Shown piece after piece: positions 18,985 through 28,482 of a DNA stretch of 64,000 nucleotides. Position numbers and translations under genes: made by a program. Below the pieces are notes generated by a model, which was not told where the DNA came from, did no database searches, and was given only the letters and a program-made list of their open reading frames with translations. Each line of letters opens with the position of its first letter. The first letter of the stretch is position 1. The stretch is from contig JAFWDK010000015.1 of NCBI GenBank assembly GCA_017513085.1, positions 32,001 through 96,000 on the forward strand, given 5' to 3'. The DNA comes from Clostridiales bacterium (GTDB lineage Bacteria > Bacillota > Clostridia > Saccharofermentanales > Saccharofermentanaceae).

Positions 18985-20700
18985 TTACTTCGCTACCGTA
19001 TAAAGAGCTTTGAAATATCCGTTGTTATTCATGAGCGTCTCGAAGCTGCCTTTCTCTTCGATCGTCCCGTCTTTGATCACGACGATCTCATCATAACGGC
19101 GCAGAAGGGATTCTTCCAGAGTATGCGTCACCACGATCCTGGTCATGGAATCCAGTTCCAGTATCTCATTGATCACTTCATACGAAGTCTTGGCATCCAG
19201 TGCAGATGTAGCTTCGTCTGCGAGAAGGATCGAAGAATCTTTCAAAAGGCTTCTCGCGATCGAGATACGCTGCTTCTCTCCTCCCGACAGACCCTTGCCG
19301 TTTTCTCCGCACAGATAATCTTCACCGCGTTCACGGATCAGTTCTTCTATGTGCGCCTTGTTCATGGCCATAGCTACTTTCTCTTCCGGGAAGTCACGGA
19401 ACAGTGTTACATTGTCCTTAATTGAGGCGTTAAAGATAAATACATTCTGCTGGATCACGGACATCAGATCGTAAAGCGATTCCGGACGGATGGAGCGAAG
19501 CTCCTGACCATCGATCGTGATCTTGCCTTTATAATCGTCATTTGCTGTCATCAGAAGATTGAGGAACGTGGATTTTCCGCTTCCGCTTGCTCCGACGATC
19601 GCATAGGATCTTCCGGGCAGGAATTCGCAGTTAATGTCATGAAGGACTTCCTTCTCCCCTTCTTCATACGCAAAAGAAACATCCTGGAAACAGATCTTCT
19701 CTGTCACTGCTTCGACTTCGGCCTCTCCGGAAGAACCGTTGTTCCGGGAGAGAGAATCAGAGAGCTTCTCGATCAGTCCACGGGCCGCTTTTTTACCAGC
19801 CAGAAGCTTCGGAAGTTCGGCAACCGGTGGAATCAGGAAATTCATCAGATTCACGAACATCAGGATCGATCCGGCGGTGATCCCTTTTCCTGTCTGAACG
19901 AGGTATGTACCGAACAGGAATACACCAAGTTGAGAAATGATCCCTGCCATCAGGCCAAGCGAACCGGTTAAGGATGCGATCCGACGCAGGTGGCATTTTG
20001 CGTCTTCGAGTTTGCCGTTTTCATTGACGAAGAGCCGGTTCACTTCATTTTCTGCCCGGAAGCTCTTGACGACCTGAAAACCGCCGAGGCAGTCGTTTAT
20101 CGCGGATGTAAATTCCGTGTTCTGGTCGGACACTTCTTTTTGTACCTTCGCCATTTTCTTCCCCATGATCGCGGATACCAACATAGGAATGATTATGATA
20201 AGGACAGAGAATAATGTCAGGATAGGCGAATTCAGGAACATAAGAATGAGCGATCCGAAAAACGAAACTATTTTAGTCATGATCGGCATTATAGAAGCAA
20301 CATAATTCGTTTCAACAGCAGATGCATCATTCGTCAAAGCGGAGAGATAGGAAGCAGAGGCTTCTTTTCGAAATGAAGAAATATTCTTCTGCGAGAGAAA
20401 CCAGAATGCTTTATTCTTATACTGTGTCATCGCGCGACGGATAAAGGATGGTTCCGCAAAGTAATTCAGTAGCATGATCAAGACTTCCAGTCCAAAAAAA
20501 CCGGTACAGATGAGAAGGATCTGTACAAAAGAATATGCGCTCTGACCGGAAATAAGATCGATCAGTTCTTTGAGGATCCAGGAGACGATTATTCCTGTAA
20601 GACCATTGAGTATGGAAGCAGAAAGTGCCAGAAAAAGGGCGCAGTGATTTTTCCTGTAGAACCGGGAAACCAGTTCCACACGAGTGGAGTTGTTATTCAT
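18985..20700 (-). CDS. ABC exporter, fused permease/ATPase
   Basis: Six TM segments; GASGSGKST, LSGGEKQR, LLADEATSALD. Confidence 0.9.
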   Translation of the reverse strand: MNNNSTRVELVSRFYRKNHCALFLALSASILNGLTGIIVSWILKELIDLISGQSAYSFVQILLICTGFFGLEVLIMLLNYFAEPSFIRRAMTQYKNKAFWFLSQKNISSFRKEASASYLSALTNDASAVETNYVASIMPIMTKIVSFFGSLILMFLNSPILTLFSVLIIIIPMLVSAIMGKKMAKVQKEVSDQNTEFTSAINDCLGGFQVVKSFRAENEVNRLFVNENGKLEDAKCHLRRIASLTGSLGLMAGIISQLGVFLFGTYLVQTGKGITAGSILMFVNLMNFLIPPVAELPKLLAGKKAARGLIEKLSDSLSRNNGSSGEAEVEAVTEKICFQDVSFAYEEGEKEVLHDINCEFLPGRSYAIVGASGSGKSTFLNLLMTANDDYKGKITIDGQELRSIRPESLYDLMSVIQQNVFIFNASIKDNVTLFRDFPEEKVAMAMNKAHIEELIRERGEDYLCGENGKGLSGGEKQRISIARSLLKDSSILLADEATSALDAKTSYEVINEILELDSMTRIVVTHTLEESLLRRYDEIVVIKDGTIEEKGSFETLMNNNGYFKALYTVAK

Positions 20701-20712
20701 TTTTCATTCACC

Positions 20713-21780
20713 TCATTTGTTAATGGATTTCCAGAGTTCAGCCAACTCTTGAGATTTTAGATATTTGATCGTGTTTTCGATTCCTTCTATGCTGGTTTTG
20801 CCTGTAGTATCGAATGCCATGCATGGTTCCTGTATGTCGACGAAGCGCTCTCTTCTGGCATCGTAATTCGGTGCCGCATCGAACAGTTCCGCTTTCTTTT
20901 TCGCTTTTTGGAGAAGATCCTTTGCCTTCTTCTGGTTTTTTATCTTGAGCTCAACATATGCCAACGCTGTAAGAAAGAGGCTATCGATCCTGTCCAGATA
21001 AAAAGGTTCCTCGTTCCGTCTGAAGAACTCGTTCTCTTTGATCCCCATCTCCAGGATGGCTTCGGCTTCTTTATAGTTCTTCGTCTCCAAATAGCATCGG
21101 GCTTTATTTGAAATAAGATTCACTCTCGCACTGATCTGATTGACGAGGGCATACGACAGATATGTTTCTGCCTCCGCATATTGTCCTTTTTCCACCAGAA
21201 GTGAACCGATATAGGAGTTATAAATGTATCCGGCATTATGGTCCTGAAAGATCTTCAGACTTGTGTCTGTATCTCCCATCATCAGATATACCTGAGCAAG
21301 CTGTCCGTAAAGATGCGTCTCATCAATATTCGGATCTGTATTCTGAGAGATAAGCCTGATTGCCTGCTCATACAGTTCCTTAGCTCTGACACAATATTTC
21401 TTATCGATCTCGAACAATGCTGCAAAAGCTCTGTAAAGGTAAGCGCTCTCGTAAACGATATTGAAACTGTTCGGATATTTTTTCAGTGCTTTTTCCGCCT
21501 CCTCGGGGCCACTCGGATCCATAGAATCCGTCAGTTTCCGAAGTTTTCTGGCAAGAATGCTGACCCGGTTATCGCGGATGTCAAAGCCAACCAGAACATC
21601 CAGAGATATATCGAAAAAGTCAGCCATCTCCATCAGTAAAGAAATATCCGGTGTTGACAGAGCAGCTTCCCACTTATGGACGGCTCCGACAGTTACTCCG
21701 AATACTTCTGCCAGCTGTTCCTGTGTAAGTCCTCTTTCTTTTCGGAAAGACTTGATATTTGCCGGAAAATTATTTTTCAT
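20713..21780 (-). CDS. XRE HTH regulator with TPR-like C-terminus
   Basis: LTQEQLAEVFGVTVGAVHKWE; helical repeats AKELYEQAI, YAEAETYL, YKEAEAIL. Confidence 0.8.
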   Translation of the reverse strand: MKNNFPANIKSFRKERGLTQEQLAEVFGVTVGAVHKWEAALSTPDISLLMEMADFFDISLDVLVGFDIRDNRVSILARKLRKLTDSMDPSGPEEAEKALKKYPNSFNIVYESAYLYRAFAALFEIDKKYCVRAKELYEQAIRLISQNTDPNIDETHLYGQLAQVYLMMGDTDTSLKIFQDHNAGYIYNSYIGSLLVEKGQYAEAETYLSYALVNQISARVNLISNKARCYLETKNYKEAEAILEMGIKENEFFRRNEEPFYLDRIDSLFLTALAYVELKIKNQKKAKDLLQKAKKKAELFDAAPNYDARRERFVDIQEPCMAFDTTGKTSIEGIENTIKYLKSQELAELWKSINK

Positions 21781-22116
21781 TTTCTCGTTTCCTCCACTAT
21801 CAGTATCGGTTCAACTGTCTTTATTGTAGAGGAAAACGAGCGAGAATAGAATACACTGCCAATACAATTAGAATAGAAATAACTATACTGTTAGTGTAGG
21901 TAACTTTGGGGACGAAGCCTTCTTTGCTCCGATGCCATACCGCTCACCTCGATTCTATGTAATGTGTACCATTGTTTGCTCTATTATCCACTAGTCACTT
22001 AGTATATTCGCGCCATGATAAACTCTGATTATACTGCGCGATAAGTTGCCGGTATTTTTCAGAAACTCCCGTAGATGCTAGCATAAAATTACAGCAAATT
22101 ATTGGAGGAACCAAAC

Positions 22117-23109
22117 ATGGCCGGTATTTATCAATCAATCACAGAGTTAGTAGGAAGAACACCGCTTTTGCAGCTGAACGGCTATAACAAAGCAAATGGA
22201 TTACAGGCCGATGTCATCGGTAAGCTTGAGTATTTTAATCCGAACCAGAGCGTAAAGGACCGTATCGCTCTCGCCATGATCGAAGATGCGGAGAAGTCCG
22301 GGAAACTGAAGCCGGGCTATACTGTTGTCGAGACAACGAGCGGTAATACAGGTATTGGTCTGGCAGCGATCGCTGCATCGAAAGGATATCCTTTCCGCGT
22401 ATATATCCAGGATCAGGTATCCGAGGAACGTTTCAAGGTCATCCATGCATTTGGCGGAAAGACGATCAAACTTACTGAAGAGCCGACACTAGGAAGAGTT
22501 CTCAAAGAAACGAACGGTGACTTTGTCGCAGCGATCGCAGCACTGAAAGAAGAAGTCCTCAGCAAAGAAGAAAACATCGTTTTTGTTGACCAGTGCTCAA
22601 ACCCGGCAAACCCGGCCATCCATAGAGCAACCACAGGCCCCGAGATCTGGGAAGACACGGAAGGCAAGGTCGATATCCTCGTTGCTTGCGTAGGCACAGG
22701 TGGCACGATCTCCGGTGCAGGCGGATTCTTAAAGTCGAAGAATCCGAATATTAAAGTAGTCGGTGTACAGCCGGGACCCGATTCTCTCCCGAGTGATGAG
22801 AAGCCGGAACCGGACGAAGAAATCACCGGTGTACATCCTTTCTCAGGCGTTCCGGATAACATTATCCCGGCAACTCTGGATCGGAACATCTACGACGAAG
22901 TCATTGCCGTAGAAGCACTCGATGCATATAAGGCAGCAAGACAGGTCGCAAAAAAAGACGGTATCCTCATCGGTACATCTTCCGGAGCTGCTCTCTTTGC
23001 CGCCACCGAACTTGCCAAGAGACCCGAGAACAAAGGAAAGAAGATCGTTGCTGTCTTCCCGGATACAGGACTTCGTTATCTTTCGACAAATCTTTTCGCC
23101 GAGGAGTAA
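22117..23109 (+). CDS. cysK: Cysteine synthase family PLP enzyme (divergent)
   Basis: KLEYFNPNQSVKDRIA, TSGNTG, VGTGGT, IGTSSGA, FPDTGLRYLST. Confidence 0.8.
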   Translation: MAGIYQSITELVGRTPLLQLNGYNKANGLQADVIGKLEYFNPNQSVKDRIALAMIEDAEKSGKLKPGYTVVETTSGNTGIGLAAIAASKGYPFRVYIQDQVSEERFKVIHAFGGKTIKLTEEPTLGRVLKETNGDFVAAIAALKEEVLSKEENIVFVDQCSNPANPAIHRATTGPEIWEDTEGKVDILVACVGTGGTISGAGGFLKSKNPNIKVVGVQPGPDSLPSDEKPEPDEEITGVHPFSGVPDNIIPATLDRNIYDEVIAVEALDAYKAARQVAKKDGILIGTSSGAALFAATELAKRPENKGKKIVAVFPDTGLRYLSTNLFAEE

Positions 23110-23111
23110 CC

Positions 23112-24050
23112 TCAGAAAAGATCCAGCCGCAGCTGCCGGTCGATCCAGCTCTTCTGTACTGCCTGATGAATCATATCATCAGGCATACTTGTCCCGATGA
23201 GAAAAGGTGATTTCGGATCGTGACGCCGCATGTTTTCGCGAACCAGCGAAGGATCCGTATTGGCATAGCAGTACCTGCATAAATGTCCGCAGGTATCGTA
23301 AGCGCCGATGTCCGATCCCAGAAGGCAGGCGCACTCTCCGTTTCTCTGGTTCTTCCCCGTCTTTGGGACGAGCAGGTTTGCGTGAAGCGCCGTCTCATAA
23401 GTTGACACCGTCATACAGCCCGAGCAGTCGGCACCATACGGTTCCAGTGCTTTTCCCTCGGCACAGGGACGGATCGTCATGCCATACTTTCTTGCGATCT
23501 CGATAAACGCTTTGCCGAGAGTCATCCGATCATCCAGAGAGACTTCCCGCGCCTCCGGAAAGTTCCTCTCCACTTTCTTATAGATGTCCAGAAAGCTGAT
23601 GACGCAGGTCTTCGTGTAACCGGAAAGGGTCGCTGCCATCTTCTCGAACATGCCGATATGCCATTCCACAGAGTGAGCCGCATCGACGAGGATCGGATCG
23701 TAGCGCCAGCCCATGCTGTCCACACCGACCCGCTCCGAAAGCTTCTGAAAAGACTCCATCACCCGATCCTTATCCGGAACATTCGGCTCGATGTCTTTTC
23801 CATAAGGCGTGATCGTCACAAACCAGTACTGTCCATATGGATCCAGCACGTCCATCTTCGGCAGCATCGGCGCGGGATTCTTGGTGCAGAAAGAGATCAG
23901 ATCCACCACCTCAGGAGACAAACTGTATCTCGTCACCTGCGAAGGATTATAGGGATTACGCACGAGGACGAAGCCTTCTTTGATCCGGTTGCAGAGCCAC
24001 TCGGAATAAAAGGCCGGAATATCGGTCCGCATGCCTGTCTGGATGATCAT
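23112..24050 (-). CDS. DUF1848 family protein
   Basis: RTDIPAFYSEW, VRNPYN, FCTKNP, WRYDPI, DIGAYDTCGHLCRYCYAN. Confidence 0.85.
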   Translation of the reverse strand: MIIQTGMRTDIPAFYSEWLCNRIKEGFVLVRNPYNPSQVTRYSLSPEVVDLISFCTKNPAPMLPKMDVLDPYGQYWFVTITPYGKDIEPNVPDKDRVMESFQKLSERVGVDSMGWRYDPILVDAAHSVEWHIGMFEKMAATLSGYTKTCVISFLDIYKKVERNFPEAREVSLDDRMTLGKAFIEIARKYGMTIRPCAEGKALEPYGADCSGCMTVSTYETALHANLLVPKTGKNQRNGECACLLGSDIGAYDTCGHLCRYCYANTDPSLVRENMRRHDPKSPFLIGTSMPDDMIHQAVQKSWIDRQLRLDLF

Positions 24051-24898
24051 GATTTCAGCTCCTTTAAGACCTCTCCGATATCGCCCGTGATTAGGATCGC
24101 CTGGTCCTTGATCTCCTCCGGACAGAGGGCTTCTTCGAAGTTGATGTAGGCGTAGGTCGCCTTCGGATTCTGCGCGGTCATTTTCCAGAACGGATACTTA
24201 ATGATGACCGGTGTGTTGTATCCGACACCCAGTTCCAGGAAAAGGACTTTCCCCGTCTTATGCGTCTCCAGAAATACTTCATATCTCGAGCACGCAAGTT
24301 TCCATCCGTCATCCTCGACAAATTTATCGTCGGAACGAAGATTCATGGTAAGCGGTTTTCCGCACTTTGGACATTTCGGGATCAGCTCGGACGGGATCCG
24401 CATATCCTTCTGCTGCTCGTACATTCTCTTTATCATCTCTTCGTTATCGTAGGTATCCTGCGTACAGGGCTCCGTGCACTGGAAAAGACCATAATCCCCC
24501 TGGGTATAAAAGAGCCTCTCTTTATCGAATCCCGCCTTCTGAAAGCAGTGATCCACGTTCGTCGTCAGGACGAAATAATCCTTGTCCTTCACCAGCGCAA
24601 AGAGCTCGTCGTACACAGGTTTCGGCGCATCCAGATAACGGTTGATGTAGATGTATCTGGACCAGTACGCCCACATGATCTCCGGCTCCATCCCCAGCAC
24701 ATGAAAGCCGCCGGTATACATGTCCGTGAAACCGTACTTTTCCGAAAAGTCGGAAAAGTATTTCTCGAATCTCTCACCGCTATAGATAAAACCCGCCGAC
24801 GTGGAAAGACCTGCACCGGCACCGATCAGGACAGAATCCGCCTCTGCGAGAGCCTGCTTCAAATTTCTAATGTTTTCTGCAAAATCCATACTAACCAT
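24047..24898 (-). CDS. Class M sirtuin (SirTM-like ADP-ribosyltransferase)
   Basis: IGAGAGLSTSAG, TTNVDH, TQGDYGLFQC (Q where deacetylase sirtuins have H), CPKCG, ELGVGYNTP; SD GAGGAG. Confidence 0.85.
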   Translation of the reverse strand: MVSMDFAENIRNLKQALAEADSVLIGAGAGLSTSAGFIYSGERFEKYFSDFSEKYGFTDMYTGGFHVLGMEPEIMWAYWSRYIYINRYLDAPKPVYDELFALVKDKDYFVLTTNVDHCFQKAGFDKERLFYTQGDYGLFQCTEPCTQDTYDNEEMIKRMYEQQKDMRIPSELIPKCPKCGKPLTMNLRSDDKFVEDDGWKLACSRYEVFLETHKTGKVLFLELGVGYNTPVIIKYPFWKMTAQNPKATYAYINFEEALCPEEIKDQAILITGDIGEVLKELKS

Positions 24899-24988
24899 GC
24901 TAATACTCTCCTCGCGACGCAACTGATCGATATCACTTTGGATAAAAGTCAAATGTAAAGAGTCTGACTGGGTTTTCAATCTGTCTCT

Positions 24989-25267
24989 TTATTCGAATAA
25001 TTCAGAGTGTGACCCCACTCTGTACAGCAACAGAACAAGGGTATTTTCTCTTATCTCATACATAAGGAGCCAATCAGACTCAACATGGCATTCACGTATT
25101 CCGGCAAAATTCCCGGATAATTCGTGATCACGGAACTTATCCTCAAGTTTTTTGCCTTTAGCAAGCTTATCTATTACTTCAAAAAGCAGGTCGATGTTTT
25201 TCTTCTGCTTCTTTGCGAGTTTTAGATCTTTCTTAAACTTACTGGTTACCTTGATTTCATACTTCAT
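24989..25267 (-). CDS. yafQ: Type II toxin, YafQ/RelE-family mRNA interferase
   Basis: FKKDLK, DHELSGNF, RECHVESDWLLMY, RVGSHSELF. Confidence 0.9.
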   Translation of the reverse strand: MKYEIKVTSKFKKDLKLAKKQKKNIDLLFEVIDKLAKGKKLEDKFRDHELSGNFAGIRECHVESDWLLMYEIRENTLVLLLYRVGSHSELFE

Positions 25268-25536
25268 ACGCCCAAAGCACTCCTAAGGGATTTTGCATCT
25301 TTATATCCCGGGATTTTCGGATCGTCTGCAATTCGACGTCCTTCTTCAATTGCCTTGACCGTTTCCATATTGGGAACATCTATCTTAAGATCAAAAGGAA
25401 TGCCCCGCTCTCTGACTGTTTTTCTTAAAAACATATTCACTGCGGTGGTCATGTTCAGGCCAAGTTCCGCAAATATTTTCTCTGCCTGATCTTTAATCTC
25501 TTTATCTGTTCGAATATTCAGATTAGTTGTAGCCAT
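25264..25536 (-). CDS. dinJ: RelB/DinJ family antitoxin
   Basis: NLNIRTDKEIK...FAELGLNMTTAVNMFL...IPF...PNMETVKAIEE; ATGA-coupled to the toxin. Confidence 0.85.
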   Translation of the reverse strand: MATTNLNIRTDKEIKDQAEKIFAELGLNMTTAVNMFLRKTVRERGIPFDLKIDVPNMETVKAIEEGRRIADDPKIPGYKDAKSLRSALGV

Positions 25537-25571
25537 AACCATCTCTCCTTTACAATCCATCTTTCATTTGT

Positions 25572-25600
25572 ATTATACACAAGAACTCGTGCAATAGCAA
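25572..25600 (-). promoter_or_regulatory. Sigma-A-type promoter of the TA operon
   Basis: TTGCTA-17 bp-TATAAT on the minus strand. Confidence 0.65.
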
Positions 25601-25632
25601 CACATTGTCATTACATTATACATATTGAAACA

Positions 25633-26412
25633 TCACTTGAGCAGGTTCTGATAAAACAGAAGATCAATATCCTTAAACACATTGAAAAGCACTTTGATGC
25701 CGCTTCCGGTCGTATCCAGGTATTCCTTCACTGTCGCCACGGCAATCTCCGCTGCTCTTTCATTCGGGAACATAAATACACCGGTAGAAATGCAGCAGAG
25801 GGCGACACTCGAAAGGCCGTTTTCATCCGCCAGTTTCAGGATCGACCGATAGCAGGATGCCAGATCGTCTTCATTTTGTTTCGTCAGAACATGCTGTACG
25901 ATCGGACCGACGGTGTGGATGATATACTTAGCCGGAAGATTAAATGCCGGCGTGATCTTGGCGCCTCCGGTCGGTTCCGGATACCCCTGCTTCTCGATGA
26001 TGTCATTACAGTAAAGCCGAAGCTGGATGCCGGCCTTGGAACCCAGGATGTTATCCAGACACGAATGCAGCCACTGATAGCAGCCGGTGAAGCCGGAATT
26101 TGCCGGATTCACCACAGCATCCACAGAAAGCCTGGACATATCTCCCTGCCATAGATAGATCCTCGCATCCGATCCGATGTGATGAAGATCCTCTAATCTC
26201 ACAATTCCTTCCGCTTCATTTTCCGCCGTCAGATATTCATCCTGAATCTTCAGAAATTCCTCACTGATCGGGTCGGGCATACGGATATTCATAAGACCCC
26301 GCAGGAGATCTTTCTGTTCCTTTTCGCCGGCGGGTATTTCCACATCGGCTGCATCCGACCTCTCCGCCAGAAGCTGTTTTATCAGCCATATTCTCTGCTC
26401 GTCATGGGTCAT
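25633..26412 (-). CDS. Zn-macrodomain protein-ADP-ribose hydrolase
   Basis: AVVNPANS, Zn loop GCYQWLHSCLDN (Cx4HxC), IIHTVGP, CCISTGVFMFP. Confidence 0.85.
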   Translation of the reverse strand: MTHDEQRIWLIKQLLAERSDAADVEIPAGEKEQKDLLRGLMNIRMPDPISEEFLKIQDEYLTAENEAEGIVRLEDLHHIGSDARIYLWQGDMSRLSVDAVVNPANSGFTGCYQWLHSCLDNILGSKAGIQLRLYCNDIIEKQGYPEPTGGAKITPAFNLPAKYIIHTVGPIVQHVLTKQNEDDLASCYRSILKLADENGLSSVALCCISTGVFMFPNERAAEIAVATVKEYLDTTGSGIKVLFNVFKDIDLLFYQNLLK

Positions 26413-26417
26413 AATGT

Positions 26418-26822
26418 TCACTCCTCTTCCAATGTCTCAGAAAACCGCAGGAGATACCCGTCCGGGTCCTGGATCAGCACTTCTTTCTCCACATAACAGA
26501 TCCCGTCGCAGCGGTATTTACTGGTGAATAGATCTTTAAACGGAACCACGCCTTTTTCTTTTATCCGGGCAACGAATTCCTCCAAGTGGTCGATCTCGAT
26601 CTGGAAATTGATCCCTCTTCCAAGCGGATACTCCAGCTTCCCGGTCTCCCAATGGCCATTGATCTCGTTGATCATTAACTGCGCTTCCCCAAGCGAAAGA
26701 AAAGCAAACTTATCCTCGACCCGTTCGTACTCGATCTTAAAACGCAGCACGTCCGTATAAAATCGTTTGGAATTCTCAATATCGGAAACACTCAGTTCCG
26801 GAACCAGTTGATTGAATCGCAT
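26418..26822 (-). CDS. VOC/glyoxalase/bleomycin-resistance family protein
   Basis: LVPELSVSDIENSKRFY, GRGINFQI, QDPDGYLLRF. Confidence 0.85.
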   Translation of the reverse strand: MRFNQLVPELSVSDIENSKRFYTDVLRFKIEYERVEDKFAFLSLGEAQLMINEINGHWETGKLEYPLGRGINFQIEIDHLEEFVARIKEKGVVPFKDLFTSKYRCDGICYVEKEVLIQDPDGYLLRFSETLEEE

Positions 26823-26858
26823 ACTCTTTTCTCCTTGAAGGGTTCCCTTCTCCTTGAA

Positions 26859-27539
26859 TCATTCCCCTAAAAGATCGGCTAACGTATCAGAGGTTTCGAC
26901 CGGTGTCCAGTGGCCTTCCACGCAGATCTCCGGGTCTATGCGCTTGATCGTATCCGCAAGTTTTCTGCTAAGATCCTTGTCTTTTTCTCCATTGGGAAAA
27001 GCACTGCACGTGGCGTCTCCCAGGAACAGGGTCTTGTCTTCGCACACATAGATGAGTGTCGCATCATCGGTGTGCGGCGATTCAGACTCGAGGATCTTCA
27101 CCGTGCATCCGCCCAGATCCAGCGTCATCTCTCCATGGTAGATCATGTCGGAAGGAACGACGATGACTTCCTTATTTCCGGCATATTCTTTTTGCACACT
27201 ATCACCGATGGCAAGGAAAACCGAAGGGCCGTTCTTCTCGATCGTTTCCTTCCATTCCTTCAGGTACTGATTCGTTCTTTCATTGCAGATAGAAAGACCA
27301 TGTATCGCATGCATGGCGAAGGTGTGATCCCAGTGCCAGTGCGTGATGACCGTCAGTTCCGGAAGCGGCAGTCCTTCTTTTTCCAGAAGTGCATAGAACT
27401 CTTTCATGTGCACATCCGAATGCCCTGCGTCGATCGCCAGGCTCCAGTTCTCACCCCGAACATAGCCGAGATTCGGCCGGTCCCGCTCCTCTTCAAAAGG
27501 CATATACCAAATATGTTCCGTTAGTTTTTGAAGTTCCAT
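26859..27539 (-). CDS. Metallo-beta-lactamase-fold hydrolase
   Basis: IDAG, THWHWDH, PHT, LGD, GH. Confidence 0.85.
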   Translation of the reverse strand: MELQKLTEHIWYMPFEEERDRPNLGYVRGENWSLAIDAGHSDVHMKEFYALLEKEGLPLPELTVITHWHWDHTFAMHAIHGLSICNERTNQYLKEWKETIEKNGPSVFLAIGDSVQKEYAGNKEVIVVPSDMIYHGEMTLDLGGCTVKILESESPHTDDATLIYVCEDKTLFLGDATCSAFPNGEKDKDLSRKLADTIKRIDPEICVEGHWTPVETSDTLADLLGE

Positions 27540-27556
27540 CTTTTCTCCTCTGCTCG

Positions 27557-28432
27557 TTACCAGTGAACAAACTCTCCGCCGATCACGCCCCGCACTTCGG
27601 GATCAGACAGGATCCCGTACTTCTCCGGACGTCTGTACTTGTCGCCCATGATGTCGTTGCTTCGATGTTCTCTGAGCTGATCCAAATCGAGTTCCGCGAT
27701 ATACACACCCGGATCTCCCGGTGCTTCCAGTACACACATGTCTCTCACGCCCGGCTCATTTCGAAGCCACGGCACGCCGTCGAAAAGTGTCGAGTGACCA
27801 TTGCAGTCCGGCTGTCCTTTCGGGTAGTTGCAGGTAGCGACCGCCACCATGTTTTCGTACGCTCTCGTCCGAAGTGTGGAAAGGCGGTTGATCTCCATGG
27901 GGCAGGCATTCGGCGCCAGGATCAGTTCCGCACCTTTGAGCATCAGGATCCGGGCGCTCTCCGGAAATTCCCTGTCGAAGCAGATCATGGATCCGAACTT
28001 TACTTTTCCTCTTCCGAAATCCAGGTCCGTGACGTAGAAATCCTCTCCGCCACTTAAGACTTTTTCATCGGCAAAAGCACATGGATGTACCTTCGAGTAG
28101 TGAAGGATCTCTTTTCCTGTCCGATCAAAGAAGATCACGGAATTCAGCGGCTTCGGTTCATTCGTTTCTAAGAAAGTGATGCCGATCGCCATCTGAAGTG
28201 CAGAGGCAAGATCCCGGAACGTATTGACGAACTCACTGTCTTTTTCGATAGCGAGTTTGCGTATTTCGGCTTCATCCTGTGGAAGCGCATATCCGTCGCT
28301 CCACATCTCCGGAAAAAGCGCTACATCCGCGCCTTTTTCTTTTGCTTCCTCACAGGCTTTTTTCCCGATCAGAAGATTCTCATCAAGATCCTTACCGGGA
28401 AGGATCTGAAGTAATGCTATTTTCAGGTTCAT
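27557..28432 (-). CDS. Carbon-nitrogen hydrolase (nitrilase family)
   Basis: FPE, YSKVH and ICFDREFPE catalytic triad motifs, RAYEN. Confidence 0.9.
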   Translation of the reverse strand: MNLKIALLQILPGKDLDENLLIGKKACEEAKEKGADVALFPEMWSDGYALPQDEAEIRKLAIEKDSEFVNTFRDLASALQMAIGITFLETNEPKPLNSVIFFDRTGKEILHYSKVHPCAFADEKVLSGGEDFYVTDLDFGRGKVKFGSMICFDREFPESARILMLKGAELILAPNACPMEINRLSTLRTRAYENMVAVATCNYPKGQPDCNGHSTLFDGVPWLRNEPGVRDMCVLEAPGDPGVYIAELDLDQLREHRSNDIMGDKYRRPEKYGILSDPEVRGVIGGEFVHW

Positions 28433-28482
28433 TTTATCTCTCACTTTACTCTTTTTCAGAAGGAACAGATCCGTCATCCCAG

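Noticed and set aside
21932-21994. Cys-containing leader peptide MPYRSPRFYVMCTIVCSIIH upstream of cysK
   Set aside because: It has no SD and no attenuator hairpin, and it lies upstream of the likely -10 (TATACT near 22030)
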